Virus record (IMG/VR): IMGVR_UViG_3300005077_000003
Coordinates: 64,001 to 128,000 of that record
DNA: 64,000 bases
Direction: 5' to 3' (one strand)
Source: a virus
In this document: positions 48,530 through 59,044 of the stretch, piece by piece
How positions within the stretch are numbered: the stretch's first letter is position 1
Layout: every line of letters starts with the position of its first letter
Translations under genes and position numbers: made by a program
The notes under the pieces: model-generated
Databases searched by the model: none
What the model saw: only the letters and a program-made list of their open reading frames with translations
Told to the model about the DNA's origin: nothing

Positions 48530-49635
48530 TGGAATGTAATTTCAGAGAACTGGGTACTGATATAATCTATAACGATCTGGATGATCGTGATGATCCAGCA
48601 CTTGCTGTTGGTATTGGCGGCAAAATAGTACCAGAATTAGTAAGCATAAAAGAAGTATGCCAAGATCCAGATAATGTAAATATAGTTTATCTACTCGTCG
48701 ATGTTAACGGAGTATTTAATTATATTCCAAAAGTAACTATATATTATACAGATTTTGAAGATAAAGAACAAGCAGTTGATATATCATCTGGTTTAATATT
48801 AAACTATAAATCTTCTCCAAACTCATTACAAAGTATTCCATTTAGTACAGCTTGTGGGTCGCAAACTATCCTATTAGCATATGATGTAGCTCAATTTATT
48901 CCAAGCTTCCCAACGCTATATAAGTTTACAATTGTACTCAAATTATATGGAGAATTTGATACTTCAAAGTTTGACTTTTTACAAGACTTCCCAGAGCTTG
49001 TTGAAACAGTAAATATATTTAATTCATCCAATCCAAGTGATACAATAGTATTTACTAAGGGCATACAAGCGAAACCATATAAGCTATATTATGACTCTAC
49101 TACTGGAGAACTGAAATTACAGTTCTATACAGTTGGATCAAATAAATGCATATGCAATATAACATGTGTAGACGTAACTTTTGAAGATCAAGACTTAACT
49201 CCATGCGAGGATGAGATACAAGAAGTTGTTGTAAACACAAGTTCATTAGTTGGAGACCCAACATATGTTAATATAGTTATACGAGATTCAATTGGTAATA
49301 TATCAGATTTATCATATCTGATATTATTAGGCGTGACCCCGCTGGCCCCCGGATTATTAAGGAAAGAATCTCCAACTAGAGTAGATGTTGTTCCACATAT
49401 AGCTGCTGATGATTTAGACTATATTGATCCTAAAAAAGTACAGTACCAAATATGGAGATACATAAACAATACTGGTACAGCAAAATTAGTATTGGATTGG
49501 ACCACAAAATCTTTTAAGCAATTCACTGATACAGACATACAGCCAGGCAATACGTATGGCTATGCAATAAGACTTCGCGGCGAATTTAAAGAAGTAAGTA
49601 ACTTCTCTAGTTGGGCTACAGTATATATACCATGA
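48529..49635 (+). CDS. Structural protein with C-terminal fibronectin type III-like domain
   Basis: PLAPGL...VQYQIWRY...FTDTDIQPGNTYGYAIRLRGEFKEVSNFSSWATV is an Fn3-type ending. Confidence 0.65.
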   Translation: MECNFRELGTDIIYNDLDDRDDPALAVGIGGKIVPELVSIKEVCQDPDNVNIVYLLVDVNGVFNYIPKVTIYYTDFEDKEQAVDISSGLILNYKSSPNSLQSIPFSTACGSQTILLAYDVAQFIPSFPTLYKFTIVLKLYGEFDTSKFDFLQDFPELVETVNIFNSSNPSDTIVFTKGIQAKPYKLYYDSTTGELKLQFYTVGSNKCICNITCVDVTFEDQDLTPCEDEIQEVVVNTSSLVGDPTYVNIVIRDSIGNISDLSYLILLGVTPLAPGLLRKESPTRVDVVPHIAADDLDYIDPKKVQYQIWRYINNTGTAKLVLDWTTKSFKQFTDTDIQPGNTYGYAIRLRGEFKEVSNFSSWATVYIP

Positions 49636-52600
49636 CATTTCATCCGCAATACGGACATTGGTCTAGAGAAACCTTTTCAGATTCTGGCGGGGCAATATAT
49701 GAAAACCCCGGAGAGTTTGAAATACGTGGTGGCGTAACCAAGCTTATACCAGTAAATTTTAATACTGGAACTTATTCTTTTAATGCGCCCTGGGACCAAG
49801 TACCTGAATGGCATATTAATTCTACAATGGATTCCAAGTCCATTGTAACAGGAGACTTTTTTATATATACTGGCACAACTACGTCATCCTATGGTAATAT
49901 AGGTACATATTACAATAGTGCATTTTATACTAGCGGTAATCAATCCTGTTTTGTATTAGGTCTTGGTCCAGACGGTTTAGGATCTGGTGTAACAATTGAA
50001 CTTGATACAAGATCTTTATGGGCAGCTCAAAGCGGTAGCTTAACAGGGACTGGAGACTGCGCCTTTTATCCAAGTATAATATTTGCGAGAAATGGTACCG
50101 AACTTAAATATGCGCAAATAGAAATTCGCCCAGATGGTTTAAGGATACCATATATATCAGGTGCCTATATACCAGGAGACTATAACGATGCACTAAGAGC
50201 AATTAGAATAATTAAGAATGGCGACGATATTATACTAATGACTCAAAAGGATGAACAGGTCCTTTATGTTAACGATGGTATGCAAGATTATTCTTCGGCA
50301 ATTCCTAATGTAGAAGACTATATCGCATTTGGTAGTTGGCCACAAGTACAAAGTAATAAATATTATTCTGGAGCAGCAGGAAACGCAAAGTTTATAGATT
50401 TTTATACTTCTCCTAACTCATCTGGCTTTCAAGGTATGGCCTTATGGGATGATGTTAAAATAAATACTGGCTTAGCTGTTTCAATTAGACCAGAAGATTA
50501 CTTCCCGGATTATCCAGGCGGGGATAAGGTTATATACACTGATGAATGGCATCCAAGCAATAGTATAACATCATATCAAAATGCTTTTGTTTCTGTTATA
50601 GGGACAAGTGGAGGTAGAACAAAAGTAGAAGTAGAATATCTTGAACCACTTGGTGATTACGGCGATAAGCAGTGGACTCAATATTCTGAATACTTAAATA
50701 TAACTAGTGGTCATAATGAAACCTATTACTTAGGCTTAACTGACATACCAGTTCAAAGTGATAAATTTGGTAATGCATTAAGATTTAAGATAACTTCTAC
50801 AAAAGCCGCTTTTGATCGTGGCGTTCCACCAGAAGTAGATACTATAACAGTAATAGCAAACAATAATGCAAATGTAGGTATTATAAAACCAAACTGGAAA
50901 ATGTCTGCTCTTCCAAAAGAGCATATAGTATATCCAGACATTATAGCTCACGATAAGTACATACCAAAACCAAGCCCCCAAGATATTTGGTTCTTACATA
51001 ACGAAGATGGTATAGATAATATAGCTTGCAATACCTATATAAGTCAAGCACAAGTAGGATTACTTAGTGGATTAGTTACTGGTACTTTAACAGATTTTGA
51101 TACTGTACCGCAGGGGCTTGTCAAAATAACTGACGGTATATATGGTAATGCATGGAGTAACTTTGGATATAGCGGTGAATATGTAGCAGTATGGGAATCT
51201 ACTAATTCATATTTTACCGGCTCATCCGGCGATGGTGGGATGGCTGAAGGCGAGCTACTTGATATATATTCTATATATCCCACTGGAGCTATGACATTAG
51301 CTTACGGTACCCATTCAGTAAAATATAGTATTTATAAATATAGTGACTTTGATGGTGTAGAACGTAAAGCTCAAAAAGTAAGAGTAATTAACTATAACAA
51401 AGAAACTACAGACTCAAGCTACTATGATACATGGGTTGGAATGCATATTAATAATATGCAAGTTCCTAGCAAAACTGGTACGCAAAGGCAATTTGGTATA
51501 ATAGAAGGCATAATCAAAATACCAAAAGGTCCTGGTGTTACTATTGCTCTTCATGAAGGAGCTACAACTTCAAAAGTTTTCCTTAAAGGATCTGAGTATC
51601 GTACGCCAAAACCATTTGCTTGTGCCACAAAATATTTTAAAACACATACAGGAGAAGGGCAAAACGGTCCCACCTACGCTTCATTTGGAGTATTACCAAG
51701 AAGCACTGGACTCTCAATTCCAAACTACTATGAATACGGAGAATGGACAGAGCCATTTGATAGAGATAGAGTAGACGAGTTTATACTATATAGCGTTACT
51801 GGATATATAGCAGACCACTCATATATTATATATAGTGGTGGTGACGTAACTAACTGGAGAATAGGCGCTGGCATTACTGGTGGCGCTCAAATAGCTCTCA
51901 ACTGGGGTACTGGTTGGGGAGAGTCCGGCACACTAGGTACAGTACAAGAAATAAATGAAAATTTCAATGAACAAGGGTATGTTGTTGATTACGTCCCAGT
52001 AAGGAGAAATTCATTATTGTTCGAAGGCTGGTTCAGGCCATATGGAATTAGAGATCATACCGAAACAGAGCAGCTATTAGCTTCACTAACTGACAACCAT
52101 GCTTCTGCGAGAGGAATGCATGTATACCTATCAAGAGATGGTTCAATAAGAACTACCGTACAAACCGCTACGTGCTATGCATCATTTGGATTAATGGGCG
52201 ACAGCGTAGTTGCGTCACCAGTTACAAATGAACTAAACTCAAAAGAGTATAGAGTTTTATGGGGCAACTGGAATCATATAGGGATATGTACAGAATTTGC
52301 TGCAATAGGAGATGGTAATATAGCATCAAATCAACCTGCTGCACCAATAGATCCATATACTAGAGAAGTATTGCATGGTGCCAGGGCATCAAAAATATAC
52401 TTAACTCTTAATGGCAGAATAGTTGATGAAGTAGATTGTTGTTATGATACATATAGCAAATTAAATTATAATAGTGGAGCATTAGCTGCTGGATATCCTC
52501 CAGTAGATGCAGTAAAAGATTCTTTACCCCCATTAAAAATGTTAGCCGCCAGGACTGGCGCATTTATTTCTACCATTGGGTCTGGAGTATATACAGATTT

Positions 52601-54767
52601 TGACCACGTCAGAATGAGCGTAAGAGATAGTGCTGACGTGCTTACAGACATATTTACACTTGGTAGTAAAGACACACCAGGTCTCCTATCCCATAAGAAT
52701 GCGCCAAAGCCATTTGCTCCAGTCGCTAGTGGAGTATCCCATTGGGAGCTTGCACATATATATAGATTTGATGAGCAATTAGATAAATATAATTTACTGG
52801 ATGACGGGTTTGCTCCTGGCCACGCATTATTAGCGGGGTGGCCGACATTAGCCTCTGGTACTTCAGAACTTGAACCATATGAAGCAGACCCAATATATTT
52901 TATAAGTGAAGATACTGGTCCAGATGGAAGGAGAGCTCTTCGTATAGGTCCAGGTGCACGCATTGATATTCCATGGAATTCATTTGATGAAAGACTATTT
53001 AACGGTCCCTATTCTATGGATTATTCTGGTAATTATATAGTAACAGGTACTTCTCATTATACTGGCTATATGGCAGATAGAGGGTATGCTTTTAGCAGAC
53101 AATGCTCCGACTCTGCTCCAAGAATGGGAGGATGGTTCAAGCTTAATAAATATCCAACCACAGGTATAATGGATCTTTGTACCTTTGATGAGTTTGGAGC
53201 CCCGGAAGATTATGGTAAACATCAAGTTTATATGGGAGTTGATTATACTGGAGGCTTTAAACTTGGTACAAGATATAACTTCTCTACAACAAATGAGGTA
53301 GGCCCATATCATGCCAATGTTGGTGTGCTTGACTTAAATACCTGGTACCATCTTGGTCTCAACTTCTCTTTAAGAGAGAATATGATTGAAGTAGCCAATA
53401 GAAACCTATGGAAACTATACTTAAATGGTGAAAGAGTCTGGCAAGCAAGTATAAGCGCAGGAACCGGGGGTGGTTCAGTATTAAGCCAAGGGCGGGCAAT
53501 GGCTTACCAGGGGATTCAGGGCTATGGAGCAGGCACTAATTTCTCTAAGTTTAGAGTAGGTGGAGACCTTCCCAGAACAGGAGCAACCCATTCTTGGTCA
53601 TACTGCTATGGCGATATAAGCGTACAAGATTTCGTTATAGGATACCAGCTACAGCTAGATGCCACCGGCGATTCAGTAGGAGACACCAGCCAATGGGACT
53701 GGGCAGCCTTAGCAAGCACCGGGCAAAAGTATGGACGAGATGAGATAATGGTAGCCAATGGAACCACAGTAGCTACTATATCTGGTGGTCCTGGTACTGG
53801 TACTGCATACTATCCCGCCACATTATATGAAGATGCTGGTGAGCAATTAGTTTTCTTTACTGTCAATAGAGGTAATGATTATGAGTCTCTATTAAATAGA
53901 GGTTTAGCACTATACCCAGAGGTACCATTTGTTAATGCCGCATCATATTATGTAATATACCAAGATGACAATTCAAGAGAAGTAATAGGATCTACTGATT
54001 CCCCAATACAAATTGGGGATACTGTTCCAAGTGAAGGAGTAAATCTCGCACTTGTAAATATAAGCTCGTGGGATCCAGAGAAGTCTATATCAACATTTAA
54101 TTTGTCAGATAGGACATATAGTAATATTACTCCAAAAATATTTGGCGATAGATACCTATCATTTGATACTATATCTGGTAGTATGATATCACGCCAAGCC
54201 ACTATGACTGATAATGTTAGGGTATCAAGTATCCCAGTATATTCTAATAATAGTAGTATATCAAATCCTGGTTACTTTATGCACCAGATAGGAGATGATA
54301 AAAAGGGCGTATATATTAAGAGTGCATATGGGCATGCCAGTGCTTCAGGTGATTTAGTATTTAGTAATCTTGATAAGATCAATAACGCGATTTCAATAAA
54401 AGATGTTGATGGTAATGAAATTGATTATGAAACATTCTCCTATAAACTAATCGCAACTGGTAGTTTTAATAATATTCAACTTCAAGACGGCACTTTCGCT
54501 GTTACCTTGGTAGGCCAAAAACAAACTATTGGCCAATCTGTATTCATTCATTATCCATCAATAGACTATAGGAATGGTTACATAAACCTACAGGATAAAG
54601 AAGTATATAATCCAATACCAGTTATGAAGCATATTTATACAGATATGTCTACTCCATTTAGTGGAGAGTTTTCTACTAATTATGGAATATTTAAAAACAA
54701 ATTTGATATAACAATATATGGAGCTACCACTGGCGAATTAATGACTGATAACCAAGGATCACTATGA
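49632..54767 (+). CDS. Large adhesin-like protein with two LamG/concanavalin A-like domains
   Basis: FEGWFRP...WGNWNHIGI...LTLNGRIVD...DFDHVRMS and HIYRFDE...GGWFKL...LNTWYHLGL...KLYLNGERV...FRVGG. Likely start is the ATG at 49632 (ATGA overlap with previous stop) rather than 49611. Confidence 0.7.
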   Translation: MTFHPQYGHWSRETFSDSGGAIYENPGEFEIRGGVTKLIPVNFNTGTYSFNAPWDQVPEWHINSTMDSKSIVTGDFFIYTGTTTSSYGNIGTYYNSAFYTSGNQSCFVLGLGPDGLGSGVTIELDTRSLWAAQSGSLTGTGDCAFYPSIIFARNGTELKYAQIEIRPDGLRIPYISGAYIPGDYNDALRAIRIIKNGDDIILMTQKDEQVLYVNDGMQDYSSAIPNVEDYIAFGSWPQVQSNKYYSGAAGNAKFIDFYTSPNSSGFQGMALWDDVKINTGLAVSIRPEDYFPDYPGGDKVIYTDEWHPSNSITSYQNAFVSVIGTSGGRTKVEVEYLEPLGDYGDKQWTQYSEYLNITSGHNETYYLGLTDIPVQSDKFGNALRFKITSTKAAFDRGVPPEVDTITVIANNNANVGIIKPNWKMSALPKEHIVYPDIIAHDKYIPKPSPQDIWFLHNEDGIDNIACNTYISQAQVGLLSGLVTGTLTDFDTVPQGLVKITDGIYGNAWSNFGYSGEYVAVWESTNSYFTGSSGDGGMAEGELLDIYSIYPTGAMTLAYGTHSVKYSIYKYSDFDGVERKAQKVRVINYNKETTDSSYYDTWVGMHINNMQVPSKTGTQRQFGIIEGIIKIPKGPGVTIALHEGATTSKVFLKGSEYRTPKPFACATKYFKTHTGEGQNGPTYASFGVLPRSTGLSIPNYYEYGEWTEPFDRDRVDEFILYSVTGYIADHSYIIYSGGDVTNWRIGAGITGGAQIALNWGTGWGESGTLGTVQEINENFNEQGYVVDYVPVRRNSLLFEGWFRPYGIRDHTETEQLLASLTDNHASARGMHVYLSRDGSIRTTVQTATCYASFGLMGDSVVASPVTNELNSKEYRVLWGNWNHIGICTEFAAIGDGNIASNQPAAPIDPYTREVLHGARASKIYLTLNGRIVDEVDCCYDTYSKLNYNSGALAAGYPPVDAVKDSLPPLKMLAARTGAFISTIGSGVYTDFDHVRMSVRDSADVLTDIFTLGSKDTPGLLSHKNAPKPFAPVASGVSHWELAHIYRFDEQLDKYNLLDDGFAPGHALLAGWPTLASGTSELEPYEADPIYFISEDTGPDGRRALRIGPGARIDIPWNSFDERLFNGPYSMDYSGNYIVTGTSHYTGYMADRGYAFSRQCSDSAPRMGGWFKLNKYPTTGIMDLCTFDEFGAPEDYGKHQVYMGVDYTGGFKLGTRYNFSTTNEVGPYHANVGVLDLNTWYHLGLNFSLRENMIEVANRNLWKLYLNGERVWQASISAGTGGGSVLSQGRAMAYQGIQGYGAGTNFSKFRVGGDLPRTGATHSWSYCYGDISVQDFVIGYQLQLDATGDSVGDTSQWDWAALASTGQKYGRDEIMVANGTTVATISGGPGTGTAYYPATLYEDAGEQLVFFTVNRGNDYESLLNRGLALYPEVPFVNAASYYVIYQDDNSREVIGSTDSPIQIGDTVPSEGVNLALVNISSWDPEKSISTFNLSDRTYSNITPKIFGDRYLSFDTISGSMISRQATMTDNVRVSSIPVYSNNSSISNPGYFMHQIGDDKKGVYIKSAYGHASASGDLVFSNLDKINNAISIKDVDGNEIDYETFSYKLIATGSFNNIQLQDGTFAVTLVGQKQTIGQSVFIHYPSIDYRNGYINLQDKEVYNPIPVMKHIYTDMSTPFSGEFSTNYGIFKNKFDITIYGATTGELMTDNQGSL

Positions 54768-57700
54768 TATCTAATAGAGCAATAGCACATGCTAGGGAAA
54801 TAATTTTGCCTCATACTACAAGGCCTGTTGGGGTTCTATTATTTACTGATCCACTATATCCAAATAATAGTGTTGATTATAAAGTAAGTTTAACCACAAC
54901 ACAAATTGGTATATATACTAGTGGTCAAGATCCATTTATGGTAGACTACGTTGGTAAAACTATAAAGCAAGTAGCTGCTGAATTAAGCAATTCGCCATTT
55001 CCAATAGAAGTAAAGTCACTTGTAGATATATCTTATTTACAAGAAGGAGAGCTGCTAACAAGTGGGACCACTATACCATCTAGTTTTAGCCTAATAGATA
55101 GAAGTATAGACGGGAAAGGCGCTATAATAAGAGCGCGTCGCTGGTCAATTAGTTATAATAAACAAACAACAGTAGAAGTAAAAGCGCCGTACAACACAGG
55201 TTCTGTGCAGCCATGGTATGCAAGAATTAGCAATGGTTCATTTTCTAAAATAGAGAATGCCACATTATATTACTTTGGCGTACCAGAATATAAAAACCAA
55301 GCATGGTCTACCAGATTTGGTTATCCCTTTGTAGACGTAGAAGGAGAGAGAGTTAATTTAGTAGGTGATAAAAAAATAAGAACTAATAGGTCACCTATAT
55401 ATTGGAAAGGTAACAATATAGTTATTACAGATATATCTGGTAGTAGAGTATATCCATCTACTATTATAAAAGATGTTGATACTATTAATGGAATAATCTA
55501 TTTAACAGATGGTGCTAGGGTTGGCAGCAATGCATTAATTCACTATACATATAAAGAAGATAATCTAATATATAGGGGGGTGAATTTAAATGCACATTTC
55601 TCACAGAATCCGCAGATTCTTGATATGTATGTTGTATACTATGCGCTACCAATAAAATCTACTGCAGGTGGGGAGAGAGAAAAAGGTATATATCATTCTA
55701 TTGGTAATAGTATACCAGAAGCAATTAATAATATAACAGATGTATCTATGGCAGAAGCTATTGCTATACTTGGAGCAATACATGTTACATCTAATTTGGG
55801 ATATGAAGAATCAAATATAATTGATACAAGAAGTTATGGCGGCGGCCTTACTGAAGATAGAGTTGGTAAACTAGCAGAGAAAAGATTCCCGCAAACTCAA
55901 TACTTTAATGATCTAAGCACATATGATGGTATACCATATCATGGATCTGCAGCAGTTGTGGTAGAACTACCAAAAGAAATTACTAACGTAATGTCATTGG
56001 AAGACTTGAAAAGAGCTACCAAAAAGTTTATTGCTGCAGGTGTATATGTAATCATGGACTATGAGAACATATCAAATATATGGTATCCAACTGAAAGAAC
56101 GCCTGATATATCGCAGGTAAGTTTTGGGCTTAGAAGAAGGGCCGAACCAGAAAGAAGAAACTATCTTGACTTTACAACTACCTGGTATGACTCTGGTGAT
56201 GCAATTGCTGCTGGGTTCGGATCAAGCTGGGCATATCAATATCAGGTTAAGCTAGCTGTTAGGGGTAACCCTTTATATTATACACTATATAATGATGTAG
56301 AAAGATCAGATGGACAAGTACCAACATGGAAGCTATGGATACAAAGCGGTCAAGGCGGCGGTCTTGATGCCTACCATGTTATGTGGGGATATGTAAGAAA
56401 AGATTGGGGGTACCCATATAACTGGGAAACAGAACACTCATTTGGTCATGATACTCCATACTATGATCCTCTAGTAATAGGATATGCAACAGATTACAAT
56501 ACAATTTCTGTAGAAGTTAAAGAGCCTGAAACTGATGCTGCAGAATATTTCTCTATTTCAATGGAAGTTAGGGGAACAACAGGAACCCCAACTATAGTAA
56601 AGAAAGATTTCTGGGGTGCATGTTTTAAATGGGTAAATGGAGTTCCTGTATGGAACAATAGTTTAGCTGCCGGTGCACTTAATAAGAACCTCCCTTCTGG
56701 TAGTTCTTTTGTTAAGTATGTTAGAGATGGTTGGTATAGATGCGGTATAACTGTACACTTAACAGGAAGTGATCTTGATTATTTTAGTGGTGATTATAGG
56801 CAACTATTCCTCCGCCCTAATGATCCAGGAAGCGTTGGTCCTGTTTTACCAGGTATTGGAGATTTTGGTAAAGGAACTTACTTTGCTAGACCTCAAGTTC
56901 AGGATACTCCAAACTTCACCTATTATCAAGAGATACCTGGCATGTGGGATGTTACTCTTAAAGATGATGATCCACGCAAAGATAGTTTTCATACACTATT
57001 AGATAAACAAGTAGGACCAACAGGTACTGCACCAGGTTGGATCAACTCTAGGTTAAGACTCCCTAATGATATAACAACTGGTTATAATGCATTAACATAT
57101 GATTGTACTCCTGATGTAAAAAATAATCATATACATATAGAGCCGGGCCAAACTTATTATGTAAAATATCTGCGTAGCTCTCCACATGCGAACTTCTCTT
57201 GGGAAGAGCTAAATAATGAAGGTAAGTGGGTAAGCAAAACACATATAGATAAAAGAGATGTACCTGCTAATACTATAGCTGCTGGTAAGATAACTTTCTC
57301 AAGTAGAGCCGAGAAAGAGATCCGCAATTTTTCTGGTATTGCCCCGTTTAAAGCAAACACTATTGATAGCTTAATAGATAAAATAATACCAGAAGTACAT
57401 CAAATATATTTAGACCTATCCGCGCTTAGTCTTACAGGTACTTCATACCAAGTAGCCACAGGTGTGGTATCAAATATATCAGACGGTACAATATCATTAC
57501 CAAACGTAGGAACAACAACAGAACTGCTAACAGATTTGTCATACAAACAATTTTTACTTAATACCTATAACATAGGTAGTATGGTTGCTAACTATAAATC
57601 TGTTGCTCTTAGTACAAATCCTTTAGCCGTAGGAAGGGCGCTCTTATTTGCCAGCGGAGTTCTATACACAAGTGATTATCCAAGAAGATATGATTGGAAC

Positions 57701-59044
57701 ACTAAAACACTTATACCACATATAAATACTCCATATGATTTTATGGATGAACTATATACATATTCAAAATACACACAAGATGTAATTAATGAATATGTAT
57801 ATGGAAGATATTATCCAACATCTACTGCGCCAACAGAAGCAGATCCTTTATTAGCAGTTGTACAATCTGGTATATTTGCTTTAGCCACTCAGTTTGAAGA
57901 AGACACTACTGCTCCAGGCGGATGGGATATTGGTGGTCAAATAAGATCTCCATTCTTTAGAGCCTCATCTACAACAGAATATCCTTTAAGCGGAGATTAC
58001 GCGGAAACAGCTGAAGACATAAGCAATATGTATCTATCAACTGATTACGTAAGAGCGTATGCAAAACTTTATACTGCCCAAGATAGACATACTAATGCAG
58101 AGTTTGCAAATGCTACAAGTATACAATATAATATATCACCGCTTAATATCGCGGTATCAGGCATAAATTCAGCTATACATCATTTTGAAAGATATTACTT
58201 TGCTCCTAGGTTTAGTGGAGAATACAAAACCCTAAACTGGCTATATACATATAATAGACACGGGAAATTAGCTGGCAGATTTGTAAGGAACATAACATCT
58301 GCTATTGATGATATCTATTTTGGAAATGGAGAATGGGCTGGTTGGTATGGCGAAAAAGGCGGCGGCTATGCAGGCCCTCCACAACAGTTTGAAGACACTA
58401 GATTTAGCGGCCAATTTAGTAGACCAGAAGGCGGAAGTGTAGTACTATCAGGGCATTTCCCGCTTATGATAAGTGGATATAAGCAAATTCTTGATGAAAT
58501 GCGCCCGCTTGTTGAAGCAAATATGCAGTTTGGTGGTATTACAACACCTGAAATGGTAGACTTAATAAGAGGCTATCTATGGATACCAAGGCGTGCTGCA
58601 AGGAATTACCCGTACTTTGTTGATGCATTCAATCAAGATGATATTGATACATTTGAATTAGGTATGACATCATTACTAAAAGGGTCTTTTACAGAAGACG
58701 GACAATTCTTTGAAAGTACCTCTTTCAAGCATGAGCCAGTAGGGCAGCCATATTTCCCAGTAGAAGTATTTAAGGGAGCTGTTGATGCAGTAGAGTACTA
58801 TAGACAAATAGATGATTCTTACAATGAAGCTAGGTGGATAGCCATATTAGATGGTATGTGGAATACAGCTACTGGCCTATATAAGAATACCTATGGATAT
58901 CCAACAATGCTAACCTTTGATAATAGTGGTGATTCTGGATCTAAATTACTTGAAGCTGCCCTACCTATATTATCTCTTAAGCCCGATCAATATACTAGTG
59001 GAGATCTGTTCACATTAACTGGTGGTATGTCATCTAGGATATAA
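54764..59044 (+). CDS. Large baseplate/tail structural protein with inserted CBM-like module
   Basis: N-terminal block IIDTRSYGGGL...YDGIPYHGSAAVVVELP...KKFIAAGVY, followed by an aromatic-rich insert with GWYRCGITV...FARPQVQD. Confidence 0.55.
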   Translation: MISNRAIAHAREIILPHTTRPVGVLLFTDPLYPNNSVDYKVSLTTTQIGIYTSGQDPFMVDYVGKTIKQVAAELSNSPFPIEVKSLVDISYLQEGELLTSGTTIPSSFSLIDRSIDGKGAIIRARRWSISYNKQTTVEVKAPYNTGSVQPWYARISNGSFSKIENATLYYFGVPEYKNQAWSTRFGYPFVDVEGERVNLVGDKKIRTNRSPIYWKGNNIVITDISGSRVYPSTIIKDVDTINGIIYLTDGARVGSNALIHYTYKEDNLIYRGVNLNAHFSQNPQILDMYVVYYALPIKSTAGGEREKGIYHSIGNSIPEAINNITDVSMAEAIAILGAIHVTSNLGYEESNIIDTRSYGGGLTEDRVGKLAEKRFPQTQYFNDLSTYDGIPYHGSAAVVVELPKEITNVMSLEDLKRATKKFIAAGVYVIMDYENISNIWYPTERTPDISQVSFGLRRRAEPERRNYLDFTTTWYDSGDAIAAGFGSSWAYQYQVKLAVRGNPLYYTLYNDVERSDGQVPTWKLWIQSGQGGGLDAYHVMWGYVRKDWGYPYNWETEHSFGHDTPYYDPLVIGYATDYNTISVEVKEPETDAAEYFSISMEVRGTTGTPTIVKKDFWGACFKWVNGVPVWNNSLAAGALNKNLPSGSSFVKYVRDGWYRCGITVHLTGSDLDYFSGDYRQLFLRPNDPGSVGPVLPGIGDFGKGTYFARPQVQDTPNFTYYQEIPGMWDVTLKDDDPRKDSFHTLLDKQVGPTGTAPGWINSRLRLPNDITTGYNALTYDCTPDVKNNHIHIEPGQTYYVKYLRSSPHANFSWEELNNEGKWVSKTHIDKRDVPANTIAAGKITFSSRAEKEIRNFSGIAPFKANTIDSLIDKIIPEVHQIYLDLSALSLTGTSYQVATGVVSNISDGTISLPNVGTTTELLTDLSYKQFLLNTYNIGSMVANYKSVALSTNPLAVGRALLFASGVLYTSDYPRRYDWNTKTLIPHINTPYDFMDELYTYSKYTQDVINEYVYGRYYPTSTAPTEADPLLAVVQSGIFALATQFEEDTTAPGGWDIGGQIRSPFFRASSTTEYPLSGDYAETAEDISNMYLSTDYVRAYAKLYTAQDRHTNAEFANATSIQYNISPLNIAVSGINSAIHHFERYYFAPRFSGEYKTLNWLYTYNRHGKLAGRFVRNITSAIDDIYFGNGEWAGWYGEKGGGYAGPPQQFEDTRFSGQFSRPEGGSVVLSGHFPLMISGYKQILDEMRPLVEANMQFGGITTPEMVDLIRGYLWIPRRAARNYPYFVDAFNQDDIDTFELGMTSLLKGSFTEDGQFFESTSFKHEPVGQPYFPVEVFKGAVDAVEYYRQIDDSYNEARWIAILDGMWNTATGLYKNTYGYPTMLTFDNSGDSGSKLLEAALPILSLKPDQYTSGDLFTLTGGMSSRI

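Noticed and set aside
53440-53830. Locally higher GC segment as a possible foreign insertion
   Set aside because: It coincides with Gly/Ala/Trp-rich coding in the second LamG region; no boundaries, repeats or frame disruption were seen.
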